Position numbers and translations under genes: made by a program. Below the pieces are notes generated by a model. It saw only the letters and a program-made list of their open reading frames with translations. It had not been told where the DNA came from and searched no databases. Positions 1 through 7,246 of a stretch of 64,000 nt of DNA are shown here, piece after piece. Positions within the stretch are counted from its first letter, which is position 1. Each line of letters starts with the position of its first letter. This DNA is from Clostridia bacterium (lineage in GTDB: Bacteria; Bacillota; Clostridia; Oscillospirales; CAG-272): the NCBI GenBank assembly GCA_017503105.1, contig JAFVTS010000009.1, forward strand, positions 16,370-80,369, given 5' to 3'.

Positions 1-211
1 TAGTTATATTCAAAATAAGGTCGATATCCTTGCACTCAAGCATCTCGTCCAAAGTCATAACATAGGGAATTGCATATTTTTCTTTTTTTGCCAAAGCCTT
101 TTGTTCATCAAGATCAGCACAGGCTAAAACCTCTGTGTTGTTAAAAACAGAAGTAAGGTTTTTAAAATAAATATCACTGATGTTTCCACAGCCAACAACA
201 CCGATTTTCAT
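1..211 (-). CDS. Gfo/Idh/MocA-family oxidoreductase, N-terminal fragment (gene runs off window start)
   Basis: Not in ORF track. My translation from ATG 211-209 gives MKIGVVGCGNISDIYFKNLTSVFNNTEVLACADLD..., a Rossmann GxGxxG N-terminus typical of this family. AGGAGG lies 5 nt upstream, and the gene starts 11 nt after the ThuA-like stop. Confidence 0.6.
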   Translation of the reverse strand, partial: MKIGVVGCGNISDIYFKNLTSVFNNTEVLACADLDEQKALAKKEKYAIPYVMTLDEMLECKDIDLILNIT

Positions 212-222
212 AACAGCCTCCT

Positions 223-876
223 TTATCGTGCCGCAAAAAGAAATCCTCGACGCATAAGCTCCTTCGCCTCAGGGATATTCCTGAAGATTTCGCTAGTGTG
301 TCCAAGGGAATTATAGAAAACACGTCCCTTTCCCCATTGCTTTGTGTAAACAACCGGAACCGTTACCTCACCGTTCGCCCCATATGGCTCGTCGTTTGCG
401 AAAAATTTAGTGTTTGCAAGTATGTTTACTGCAGGATCTACATGGATATAATATTGCTCGCTTGTTACTTCAAAATCTTTTATTCCGTCGATAATAGAAC
501 TTTTTTCCGAATCGATGATGTGTACCGTATACGTTACGTTATTATTCCCGGGATGTGCAACCCATTGAGAACCCGTCATAAACTGCCATTCCGTATTCTC
601 TCTAAATGCATCGCACATTCCCCCGTGGCATCCGGCAATTCCTGTGCCTGCGGAGACTGCATTACAGACATTCTTTTCCGCTTGACTGCTTAATTTTCCC
701 ATAGTCCAAACGGGAACTATCAGGTCATAAGAAGTAAGCTCTTCAAGAAAAGAATCTAAGGAATCGGACATTCTCACCTCAAATCCTTCCTCCTTCAACA
801 TCTCGGAAAACAAATTCGCTACTCCTTTAGGATCGTGTCCATCCCAGCCGCCATACACAATTAATGCTTTTTTCAT
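223..876 (-). CDS. ThuA-domain (trehalose-utilisation-like) protein
   Basis: 217 aa. Motifs YGGWDGHDP near the N-terminus and WGKGRVFYNSLGH near the C-terminus match my memory of the ThuA family. Pairing with a Gfo/Idh/MocA gene is common. Confidence 0.7.
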   Translation of the reverse strand: MKKALIVYGGWDGHDPKGVANLFSEMLKEEGFEVRMSDSLDSFLEELTSYDLIVPVWTMGKLSSQAEKNVCNAVSAGTGIAGCHGGMCDAFRENTEWQFMTGSQWVAHPGNNNVTYTVHIIDSEKSSIIDGIKDFEVTSEQYYIHVDPAVNILANTKFFANDEPYGANGEVTVPVVYTKQWGKGRVFYNSLGHTSEIFRNIPEAKELMRRGFLFAAR

Positions 877-1009
877 AATGTAATCTCCTTTATTAATATT
901 TAAAGGACTTCGTCCTTATACATTTGATCATATCACTTTTCAGCTTGACAAGCAATGTGATTTTTGGTATAATATAAGAAAAAATTAGTCTTTTTGACGG
1001 AGAACTGAA

Positions 1010-1756
1010 ATGTTTTTTGAATCGATACATTCCGAAAAGCAATCTGAATTCCATTATCATTTCGGGGATAGCTTAGATTTTCCGCTTCATATACACAGAT
1101 CATTTGAATTTTTTTCACAGCTTCAAGGAAAAACCTTAGTTGTAATTGATGGGAAAGAATATGAATTGAAAGAAGGAGAGGCGGTGCTTATCTTTCCATT
1201 CCAAACTCATTCCTATAAAACAATAACCAAAGGGAAACACGCAATTAGCATCTTTTCAAGTGATATGGTTATGGAATATTCAAAAAGCAAAGTCAATCTA
1301 CTTCCCGTGAGCAACTTGTTTTTATACAACGCTCCCGAAACAGTTTCGGACAACCCCTATCTTCAAAAGGCGTTGACATATGACATCTGTGGAAATTTTG
1401 ACATAGGAAGGTCTTATAAAAATCGCGAAAAAGATGTTTTTCATAAGTGCATTATGCGCATTTTAATCTATGCGGAGGAAAATTATAAAAGCTCTTGCTT
1501 ATTAGAAGATGCTGCCTCCGCAATAGGATACGATTATGCTTATATATCGAAGAAATTCAAGAGTGCCATCGGAATTTCATTTCGAAAATACGTAAATACA
1601 CTTCGTATTATCTTAGCCAAGCAACTTTTACTAAATGAAACAAAAACCATAACTGAAATTGCGAGTGAGTGTGGATTTAATTCTTTACGGGTTTTTAATA
1701 TTGAATTTAAAAAGGCAGAGGGAATCACACCGACGGAATATAAACGAAAATCGTAA
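1010..1756 (+). CDS. AraC-family transcriptional regulator (cupin N-domain plus HTH C-domain)
   Basis: 248 aa. The C-terminal ~100 aa carry the typical double HTH (ISKKFKSAIGISFRKYVNTLRI...ITEIASECGFNSLRVFNIEFKKAEGITPTEY). The gene is divergent from the ThuA operon. Confidence 0.85.
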   Translation: MFFESIHSEKQSEFHYHFGDSLDFPLHIHRSFEFFSQLQGKTLVVIDGKEYELKEGEAVLIFPFQTHSYKTITKGKHAISIFSSDMVMEYSKSKVNLLPVSNLFLYNAPETVSDNPYLQKALTYDICGNFDIGRSYKNREKDVFHKCIMRILIYAEENYKSSCLLEDAASAIGYDYAYISKKFKSAIGISFRKYVNTLRIILAKQLLLNETKTITEIASECGFNSLRVFNIEFKKAEGITPTEYKRKS

Positions 1757-1821
1757 ATCAAAAGGGTATAGCCGGGCGCAGTTGGATTTATCCCGTCCCA
1801 AAGGACGGATTTAGTTAAAAA

Positions 1822-1856
1822 AGCGATAAAATTCGGCAGAATTTTATCGCTTTTCT
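1822..1856 (+). terminator. Rho-independent terminator after the AraC-like gene
   Basis: 12-bp perfect stem AGCGATAAAATT/AATTTTATCGCT (1822-1833 / 1840-1851), 6-nt loop, followed by a T run. Confidence 0.6.
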
Positions 1857-1980
1857 TGTAAAGGTGAGATAAAAAAGATATTCTACCCTTTTAACCGATG
1901 GATTTGAACCCACACATATAATTAAGTGTTTTTCGACCATTGGGAGAAAAGCTTCTCTAACACCTTTTCACTCTTCACTT

Positions 1981-2104
1981 TTACCTATTACCTAATCGAC
2001 AAGTTTCGTAAGAGAAGAGTGAAGAGTGAAGAGTGAAGAGGTAATAGTGAAGAAGTAAAAATCGACAAGCTTCTGTCGAAACTTGTCGATTTTTGGCCTA
2101 CCCG
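1981..2104. repeat. Copy A (124 nt) of a tandemly duplicated tRNA-downstream unit, ending in an 11-nt copy of the tRNA 3' end
   Basis: TTACCTATTACCTAATCGACAAGTTTCGTAAGAGAA-(GAGTGAA)x3-GAGGTAATAGTGAAGAAGTAAAAATCGACAAGCTTCTGTCGAAACTTGTCGATTTTTGGCCTACCCG. Apart from heptamer number it is nearly identical to 2237-2381. Confidence 0.85.
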
Positions 2105-2236
2105 TAAGGAGCGGAGCGACGGAATAGCGAGCTATGCGAGCGTCTAAGATTCGAACCTTAATCGCAACTTGTTACGGAATGGAAATTCGTTTGTGTTAAG
2201 TTTAATGAAATCCTGTGTTGCAGGATGAAATCCAAT

Positions 2237-2381
2237 TTACCTATTACCTAATCGACAAGTTTCGTAAGAGAAGAGTGAAAAGTGAAGAGTGAAAAGTGAA
2301 AAGTGAAGAGTGAAGAGGTAATAGTGAAGAAGTAAAAATCGACAAGCTTCTGTCGAAACTTGTCGATTTTTGGCCTACCCG
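2237..2381. repeat. Copy B (145 nt) of the same unit, overlapping the genuine tRNA 3' end
   Basis: Same sequence as copy A but with six heptamers (GAGTGAA/AAGTGAA, 2273-2314) instead of three (2017-2037). It contains the hairpin ATCGACAAG...CTTGTCGAT plus a T run, which would terminate the tRNA transcript on the minus strand. Confidence 0.85.
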
Positions 2382-2447
2382 ATAGGATTCGAACCTACGG
2401 CCTCAAGAGTCGGAGTCTTGCGCGCTATCCAGCTGTGCCACGGGTAG
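2371..2447 (-). tRNA. tRNA-Arg (anticodon CCG), 77 nt with encoded CCA
   Basis: Reverse complement CTACCCGTGGCACAGCTGGATAGCGCGCAAGACTCCGACTCTTGAGGCCGTAGGTTCGAATCCTATCGGGTAGGCCA. It has a 7-bp acceptor stem, a D-loop AGCTGGATA, an anticodon stem CAAGA/TCTTG with loop CTCCGAC, and a T-arm GTAGG-TTCGAAT-CCTAT. There is one A-C mismatch in the D stem. Confidence 0.85.
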
Positions 2448-2461
2448 TTATAACACCATAT

Positions 2462-2490
2462 ATTTTACCACTAAGAAGCGCTTTTGTCAA
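2462..2490 (-). promoter_or_regulatory. Sigma70-type promoter for the tRNA
   Basis: Minus strand reads TTGACA (2490-2485), a 17-nt spacer, then TAAAAT (2467-2462), about 15 nt upstream of the tRNA 5' end. Confidence 0.5.
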
Positions 2491-2522
2491 GAGCGAAGCG
2501 TGTCAAAAAACGTGTTCACCGT

Positions 2523-2581
2523 AAAAATAATCAAGCGAGCGTAAGCAGGGTGGCAATTAAGCCGTCTGCCTATGCTCGCTT
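2523..2581 (-). terminator. Probable terminator of the long protease-Opp operon
   Basis: Stem AAGCGAGC/GCTCGCTT (2533-2540 / 2574-2581) with an inner GCAG/CTGC stem, followed on the minus strand by TTATTTTT. It starts 6 nt after the stop of the last ORF. Confidence 0.4.
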
Positions 2582-2586
2582 ATCGT

Positions 2587-2850
2587 TTAAAGACGCATTT
2601 CCGCAATAGTAAGAATGAGATAGATTATGAGAAATATAGCCGTTATTCCCCCAAGGGTCACGAGCATCGGAAAGAACATCATCCTGACGCTCTGTTTGTA
2701 CGTTCCAAACTGTTCTTTTATCGTGGAGCGCCTTTTTTGCCCCTGAGAGTCCGTTTTCTTCCTTCCGCCGCCGACGGCTGACATATCGTAGACGGTAGAG
2801 CCGTCGTCGACGTAGGTGATTTTTTCACGTTGCTTTTTCTTTTTGCTCAT
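2587..2850 (-). CDS. Small membrane protein (Lys/Arg-rich N-terminus, one C-terminal TM helix), unknown function
   Basis: 87 aa. It starts 2 nt after the OppF-like stop. Sequence MSKKKKQREK...RKKTDSQGQKRRS is followed by the hydrophobic stretch MMFFPMLVTLGGITAIFLIIYLILTI. I recognise no family. Confidence 0.45.
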   Translation of the reverse strand: MSKKKKQREKITYVDDGSTVYDMSAVGGGRKKTDSQGQKRRSTIKEQFGTYKQSVRMMFFPMLVTLGGITAIFLIIYLILTIAEMRL

Positions 2851-2851
2851 C

Positions 2852-3895
2852 TTAAGCTTCCTCTTCTACGAGGTGGCACGCCGCAAAGTGTCCCTTTTCA
2901 TACTCGCGGTATTCGGGCACCTCGGTGCGGCACCTTTCGGTCGCGTAAGGACAGCGCGTGTGGAATTTGCATCCGCTCGGCGGATTTGCGGGGGAGGGAA
3001 TATCGCCCGCAAGCACTATTCTGTTCATCTTAACGTCGGGGTTGGGATTCGGAATAGCGGAGAAGAGCGCCTTGGTGTAGGGATGGAGCGGATTTTCAAA
3101 AATATCCTTTTTCGTTCCGAATTCCATCATTGAGCCGAGGTACATAACGCCTATCTTATCCGAAATGAACTTAACGACCGACAGGTCGTGAGATATGAAC
3201 AGATACGTGAGCTTCATCGAATCCTGAAGCTCCTTCAGAAGGTTGATTATCTGCGCTTGGATCGAAACGTCGAGCGCCGAAACGGGCTCGTCGCAGATGA
3301 CGAGCTTCGGATTTACCGAAAGAGCTCTTGCAATACAGATTCGCTGTCTTTGACCACCCGAGAACTCGTGCGGATAACGCTCGTAATAATAGTCGCGAAG
3401 ACCGCATTTGTCCATCAGCTCAAGAACGTAATCCTTGACCTCATCCTTCGGAACTATCCCGTGAACCTTTACGGGCTCTGAGAGAATATCTCCGACCGTG
3501 CTTCTCGGAGGAAGGGAAGAGTAGGGGTCTTGGAATATGATCTGCAGCTTCGTTCTGTGGCGGCGCATCTGACTCGGCTTATAGTGAGTAATGTCCTCGC
3601 CGTCGAAGATTATCTGACCGTCCGTCGGCTCGTGGAGCTTGAGTATCGTTCTTCCGAGGGTCGTTTTACCGCAACCCGATTCTCCGACTATTCCTATCGT
3701 TTCGCCTCTTCCGAGCTTGAAGGAAACGTCGTTCACCGCGATGAGCTCCTGCTCCGTGGCTCCGAGGAGCGATTTCTTTATGGGGAAGGTCTTGTAAAGG
3801 TGTCTGACCTCAAGTATTGCCTCGGGGTCGAAGGGCTCGCTTTTATACGCGTCGGGATCGATGAAATTTATGTTTTTCAGCATATCATTTTTCAT
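2852..3895 (-). CDS. Oligopeptide/dipeptide ABC transporter ATP-binding protein (OppF/DppF type)
   Basis: 347 aa. Walker A GESGCGKTT, signature FSGGQRQR, Walker B LVICDEPVSALD, and a C-terminal Cys-containing oligopeptide-ABC tail (CKFHTRCPYATERC). It overlaps the upstream ATPase gene by 11 nt. Confidence 0.9.
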   Translation of the reverse strand: MKNDMLKNINFIDPDAYKSEPFDPEAILEVRHLYKTFPIKKSLLGATEQELIAVNDVSFKLGRGETIGIVGESGCGKTTLGRTILKLHEPTDGQIIFDGEDITHYKPSQMRRHRTKLQIIFQDPYSSLPPRSTVGDILSEPVKVHGIVPKDEVKDYVLELMDKCGLRDYYYERYPHEFSGGQRQRICIARALSVNPKLVICDEPVSALDVSIQAQIINLLKELQDSMKLTYLFISHDLSVVKFISDKIGVMYLGSMMEFGTKKDIFENPLHPYTKALFSAIPNPNPDVKMNRIVLAGDIPSPANPPSGCKFHTRCPYATERCRTEVPEYREYEKGHFAACHLVEEEA

Positions 3896-5189
3896 TTTCG
3901 TTCACCTCGCTGTATAAATGGCACGCGACGTAGTGCGTCGGGCTGACCTTTACGAATCCCGGGTACTCGCCGGAGCATTTCTCCGTGCAGCGCGTGCATC
4001 TTTCCTTGAAATAGCAGTGTGAGGGCATATTTATGGGGTTCGGAACGTTTCCCGGGATAGTGAAGAGCTTATCCGAATCGGAGTCCATAGTGGGCTTCGA
4101 TTTTTGCAGTCCTATCGTATAAGGATGCATCGGATTATGGAATATCTCACTGACCGTGCCCTGCTCGATAACTCTGCCCGCGTACATAACGACGACGTAA
4201 TCCGCCATCTCGGCAATGATTCCGAGGTCGTGGGTTATAAGCATTATAGAGCCGTCCATCTTCGTCTTGATCTCACGGAGAAGGTCGAGTATCTGCGCCT
4301 GTATCGTAACGTCAAGAGCGGTCGTCGGCTCGTCTGCTATTATGAGCCTCGGGTTGCAGGCAAGAGCCATAGCTATCATAACTCTCTGTCGCATACCGCC
4401 CGAGAGCTCGTGAGGGTACGATGCGTACACACGCTCGGGCATAGCAATGCCGACGAGCTTCAGCATTTCAAGCGATCTGTTTTTCGCAAGCTCCTTCGTA
4501 GCGCCCGCGGTATGGATGAACACGACCTCGTCAAGCTGATTTCCTATCGTGAAAACGGGGTTCAGCGAGGTCATAGGCTCTTGGAATATCATCGCTATCT
4601 GCCTGCCTCTTATGCGGTGTATCTCGTGAATTGGCATTTTTGCGATGTCATAGACCTTTTCTTCCATCTGATAAAGCGGCGCGCCCGTTTCGTCTGTCGC
4701 CTGCTTTTTGACGGTGATCTCTTTTCCTCTGTTTGTAGTTACGGTTTCCGTTACCGGTGTTCCGTCGGGGTTCGTTTCGTAAACGGGAATCGGCTTTCCG
4801 TCCGAGAGCTTGTAATCCTTTGCTCTGAAGCGGATGCTTCCCGAAACTATCTGACCCGCAGGCCCTTGAATAAGACGCATAACGGACATACTCGTGACGG
4901 ATTTTCCGCATCCCGACTCGCCGACGATGCCTACCGTCGCGTTTTTCGGAATGTTGAGAGAAACGCCGTTTACCGCCTTTACCGTACCCTGCTCGGTGAA
5001 GAAATAGGTGTGGAGATCCTCTATCTCAAGAATGTTTCCGTCGTCCTTCAGCTCTGTCGTGAATTCACTCTCGGGAGCTTTTCTGTACTTTTGCTTTTCG
5101 AGCGCGCGGGTGATCCTTGCGTTATCCTTTACTATCTTTCTTATCTCTTTACCTGTGAGGTAATTTTTTTGGGATTTCTTTTCTGCCAT
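3885..5189 (-). CDS. Oligopeptide/dipeptide ABC transporter ATP-binding protein (OppD/DppD type) with an internal insertion
   Basis: Walker A GESGCGKSV, LSGGMRQR, IIADEPTTALD, C-terminal CYFKERCTRCTEKC. I moved the start to ATG 5189 (MAEKKSQ...) because it has GGAGG 8 nt upstream and the track start 5225 would overlap the permease gene. Confidence 0.9.
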   Translation of the reverse strand: MAEKKSQKNYLTGKEIRKIVKDNARITRALEKQKYRKAPESEFTTELKDDGNILEIEDLHTYFFTEQGTVKAVNGVSLNIPKNATVGIVGESGCGKSVTSMSVMRLIQGPAGQIVSGSIRFRAKDYKLSDGKPIPVYETNPDGTPVTETVTTNRGKEITVKKQATDETGAPLYQMEEKVYDIAKMPIHEIHRIRGRQIAMIFQEPMTSLNPVFTIGNQLDEVVFIHTAGATKELAKNRSLEMLKLVGIAMPERVYASYPHELSGGMRQRVMIAMALACNPRLIIADEPTTALDVTIQAQILDLLREIKTKMDGSIMLITHDLGIIAEMADYVVVMYAGRVIEQGTVSEIFHNPMHPYTIGLQKSKPTMDSDSDKLFTIPGNVPNPINMPSHCYFKERCTRCTEKCSGEYPGFVKVSPTHYVACHLYSEVNENEK

Positions 5190-5193
5190 ATTA

Positions 5194-6243
5194 TTACCTC
5201 CTTGCCTTCGGGTCGAGCGCGTCACGCAAGCCGTCGCCGATGAAGTTGAAGCCGAGAACCGCCGTGATTATACAAAGTCCCGGAGGAACCCAAATGTTCA
5301 TATAGTCCAAGAAGAGCTCGGGCTTTGCGCCTGAGTTTATCATAGTGCCCCAAGCGGCGTACTTCTCGGGCGCTCCGAGTCCGAGGAAGGAGAGGGACGC
5401 CTCGTAAAGTATCATACTGCCAAGGCTGAGCGTCATCGAAACGATGAGCTGCGGCATTACGTTGGGAACGAGATGCTTGAAAATCTTTCTTCCCGTGGAG
5501 TAACCCATAGCTTCCGCTGCTACCATATATTCCTGCTCGCGAAGAGTGAGTATCTGACCGCGCACGAGTCTTGCCGTTCCCGCCCAGGAGATGAGCGTTA
5601 AGAAGCCCATTAAGAAGTATATTCTGTACTGCCCCGAAAGATAGCCCTTTTCCTCCCACGCCATAAGCGCCGTTCCGACTATAAGAAGTATGGGGAAGCC
5701 GGGAAGACAGGTGAGAATATCGCACACACGCATTATGACGTTGTCGACTATTCCGCCGAAATAACCCGCAAGGCCGCCGAACACAACGCCGAATATGGTT
5801 ATCATAAAGACGGAGAGAAAGCTTATTACAAGCGAGATCTTTCCACCTTGCATAAGTCTTGCAAGGTTATCGTAGCCGTTGTTATCCGTGCCGAGGGGGT
5901 GGTTTGAATCGGGGGGCGCGAGGTTGTTTAACATTACGGGTCTTTCGGTAACGGTGTAAAACGTGTGCGTTTCATCACCGTCCGTGTAGGTCTGCTCGTA
6001 GGTCTTGTAGACCATTCTGTCAGTCGTGGTGTCCATCTCACCCGCCTCCCACTGCGTGTAGATCAGCGGACCTATCCAGCAAAAGACGAACAGAGCTACT
6101 ATCATTACGAGCCCCACGATGCTGAGCTTGGAGCGGAAGAAGCGGCGCATTACCATACGCCCGGGGGACATCAGGCGCACGTTTTTGTCGAGCGCCTCCT
6201 CCATAGCCTCGGAGGACAAATCTTTATTATCAGTATTTTCCAT
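5194..6243 (-). CDS. ABC transporter permease (OppC/DppC type)
   Basis: 349 aa polytopic protein. It has an N-terminal TM after a cytoplasmic leader and the binding-protein-dependent transport core (EAA-like AAEAMGYSTGRKIFKHLVPN). Confidence 0.9.
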   Translation of the reverse strand: MENTDNKDLSSEAMEEALDKNVRLMSPGRMVMRRFFRSKLSIVGLVMIVALFVFCWIGPLIYTQWEAGEMDTTTDRMVYKTYEQTYTDGDETHTFYTVTERPVMLNNLAPPDSNHPLGTDNNGYDNLARLMQGGKISLVISFLSVFMITIFGVVFGGLAGYFGGIVDNVIMRVCDILTCLPGFPILLIVGTALMAWEEKGYLSGQYRIYFLMGFLTLISWAGTARLVRGQILTLREQEYMVAAEAMGYSTGRKIFKHLVPNVMPQLIVSMTLSLGSMILYEASLSFLGLGAPEKYAAWGTMINSGAKPELFLDYMNIWVPPGLCIITAVLGFNFIGDGLRDALDPKARR

Positions 6244-6264
6244 ATGCCGTACCTCCGAAGTTAG

Positions 6265-7236
6265 TTAAGAAAGCTTGACGCGCGGGTCAACTATGGCGTA
6301 CATAATATCAGAGAAGAGTACGCCGAGTATACTTAAGAGCGCCAAGAACATATTGTATCCCATAATGAAGGGGATGTCGCCGCTCAGCGTTGCCGCAAGA
6401 GCGATGTTACCTATACCGGGAAGACCGAAGATCTGCTCGGTGATTATAGCACCCGAGAAGAGCGTGGGCAAAAGACCCGCAAGTGACGTAACGAGAGGGA
6501 TAAGGGTGTTTCTGAACGCGTGCTTGTAGATTACCTTTCGCTCGCTAAGACCCTTCGCGCGTGCGGTCCTTATGTAATCCGAGTTCATGACCTCAAGCAT
6601 ATTCGTTCTCGTCATTCGCATTCTTCCGCCGATACTGAGAACGACGACGAGGAATATGGGAAGCAAAAGATACGGCACGTATTCAATAAGCTTCGCAAAT
6701 CCCGTGTTCGACGTCGACGCGTTTCCAAAGCCCGCCGTCGGAAGACCGAGGGCGGGGGCTATGGACTGAAGTACCTGACCGAAGAAGAACGACGGCAGTG
6801 AAATACCTATCATTACGAAAACGGTCACCACGTAATCTCTTATCGAGTACTGATGCGTTGCCGCCGTTATTCCGAGCGGTATCGCTATCATAAATTCGAA
6901 TACAGTCGCAATAAACGCGATTATAAACGAAATTCCCATATGGTCCTTGATCTCCGAAACGACGGGGCGGTTGTTGGAGAAACGGTTTCCGAGGTCGAAT
7001 TTGCACAGCTTTCCGAGCCAATTCATATAACCGTCGATGATACCGTCGTTAAGACCGTAGCTTTCGTATATCTGCTCCTTCATCTCCTCCGAGACCGCCT
7101 GATTCTGGTTCATCGAGGCGATCTTCTGCTCGGCGTAATCCGTTGGCATACATCTTATGAGAACGTATACCAGGAAGGAGACGCCGATCAGTATCAAAGC
7201 GGAGAGGAGCAAGCGCTTGATGATGTATTTTAGCAT
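6265..7236 (-). CDS. ABC transporter permease (OppB/DppB type)
   Basis: 323 aa. N-terminus MLKYIIKRLL is typical of OppB/DppB. EAA loop YIRTARAKGLSERKVIYKHAFRN. Confidence 0.9.
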   Translation of the reverse strand: MLKYIIKRLLLSALILIGVSFLVYVLIRCMPTDYAEQKIASMNQNQAVSEEMKEQIYESYGLNDGIIDGYMNWLGKLCKFDLGNRFSNNRPVVSEIKDHMGISFIIAFIATVFEFMIAIPLGITAATHQYSIRDYVVTVFVMIGISLPSFFFGQVLQSIAPALGLPTAGFGNASTSNTGFAKLIEYVPYLLLPIFLVVVLSIGGRMRMTRTNMLEVMNSDYIRTARAKGLSERKVIYKHAFRNTLIPLVTSLAGLLPTLFSGAIITEQIFGLPGIGNIALAATLSGDIPFIMGYNMFLALLSILGVLFSDIMYAIVDPRVKLS

Positions 7237-7246
7237 AAGCTACCTC

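Noticed and set aside
2105-2236. Second tRNA or tRNA pseudogene between the two repeat units (GATTCGAACC T-loop-like string), and a similar GGATTTGAACCC string at about 1900-1912
   Set aside because: I could not fold a cloverleaf. The acceptor copy is separated from the T-loop-like string by ~40 unrelated nt, and the stems do not pair. At best these are decayed fragments, so they are mentioned only within the repeat finding.
2017-2314. Possible CRISPR array suggested by the repeated GTGAAGAG strings
   Set aside because: The unit is only 7 nt and tandem without spacers, and the two tracts belong to a larger duplicated unit. No cas genes are present. This is a microsatellite, not a CRISPR array.
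4104-5243. 379-aa plus-strand ORF
   Set aside because: It lies entirely antisense to the strongly supported OppD-type ATPase gene. The product is Arg/His/Leu-rich and low in complexity, and there is no RBS. This is a shadow ORF typical of GC-rich coding DNA.
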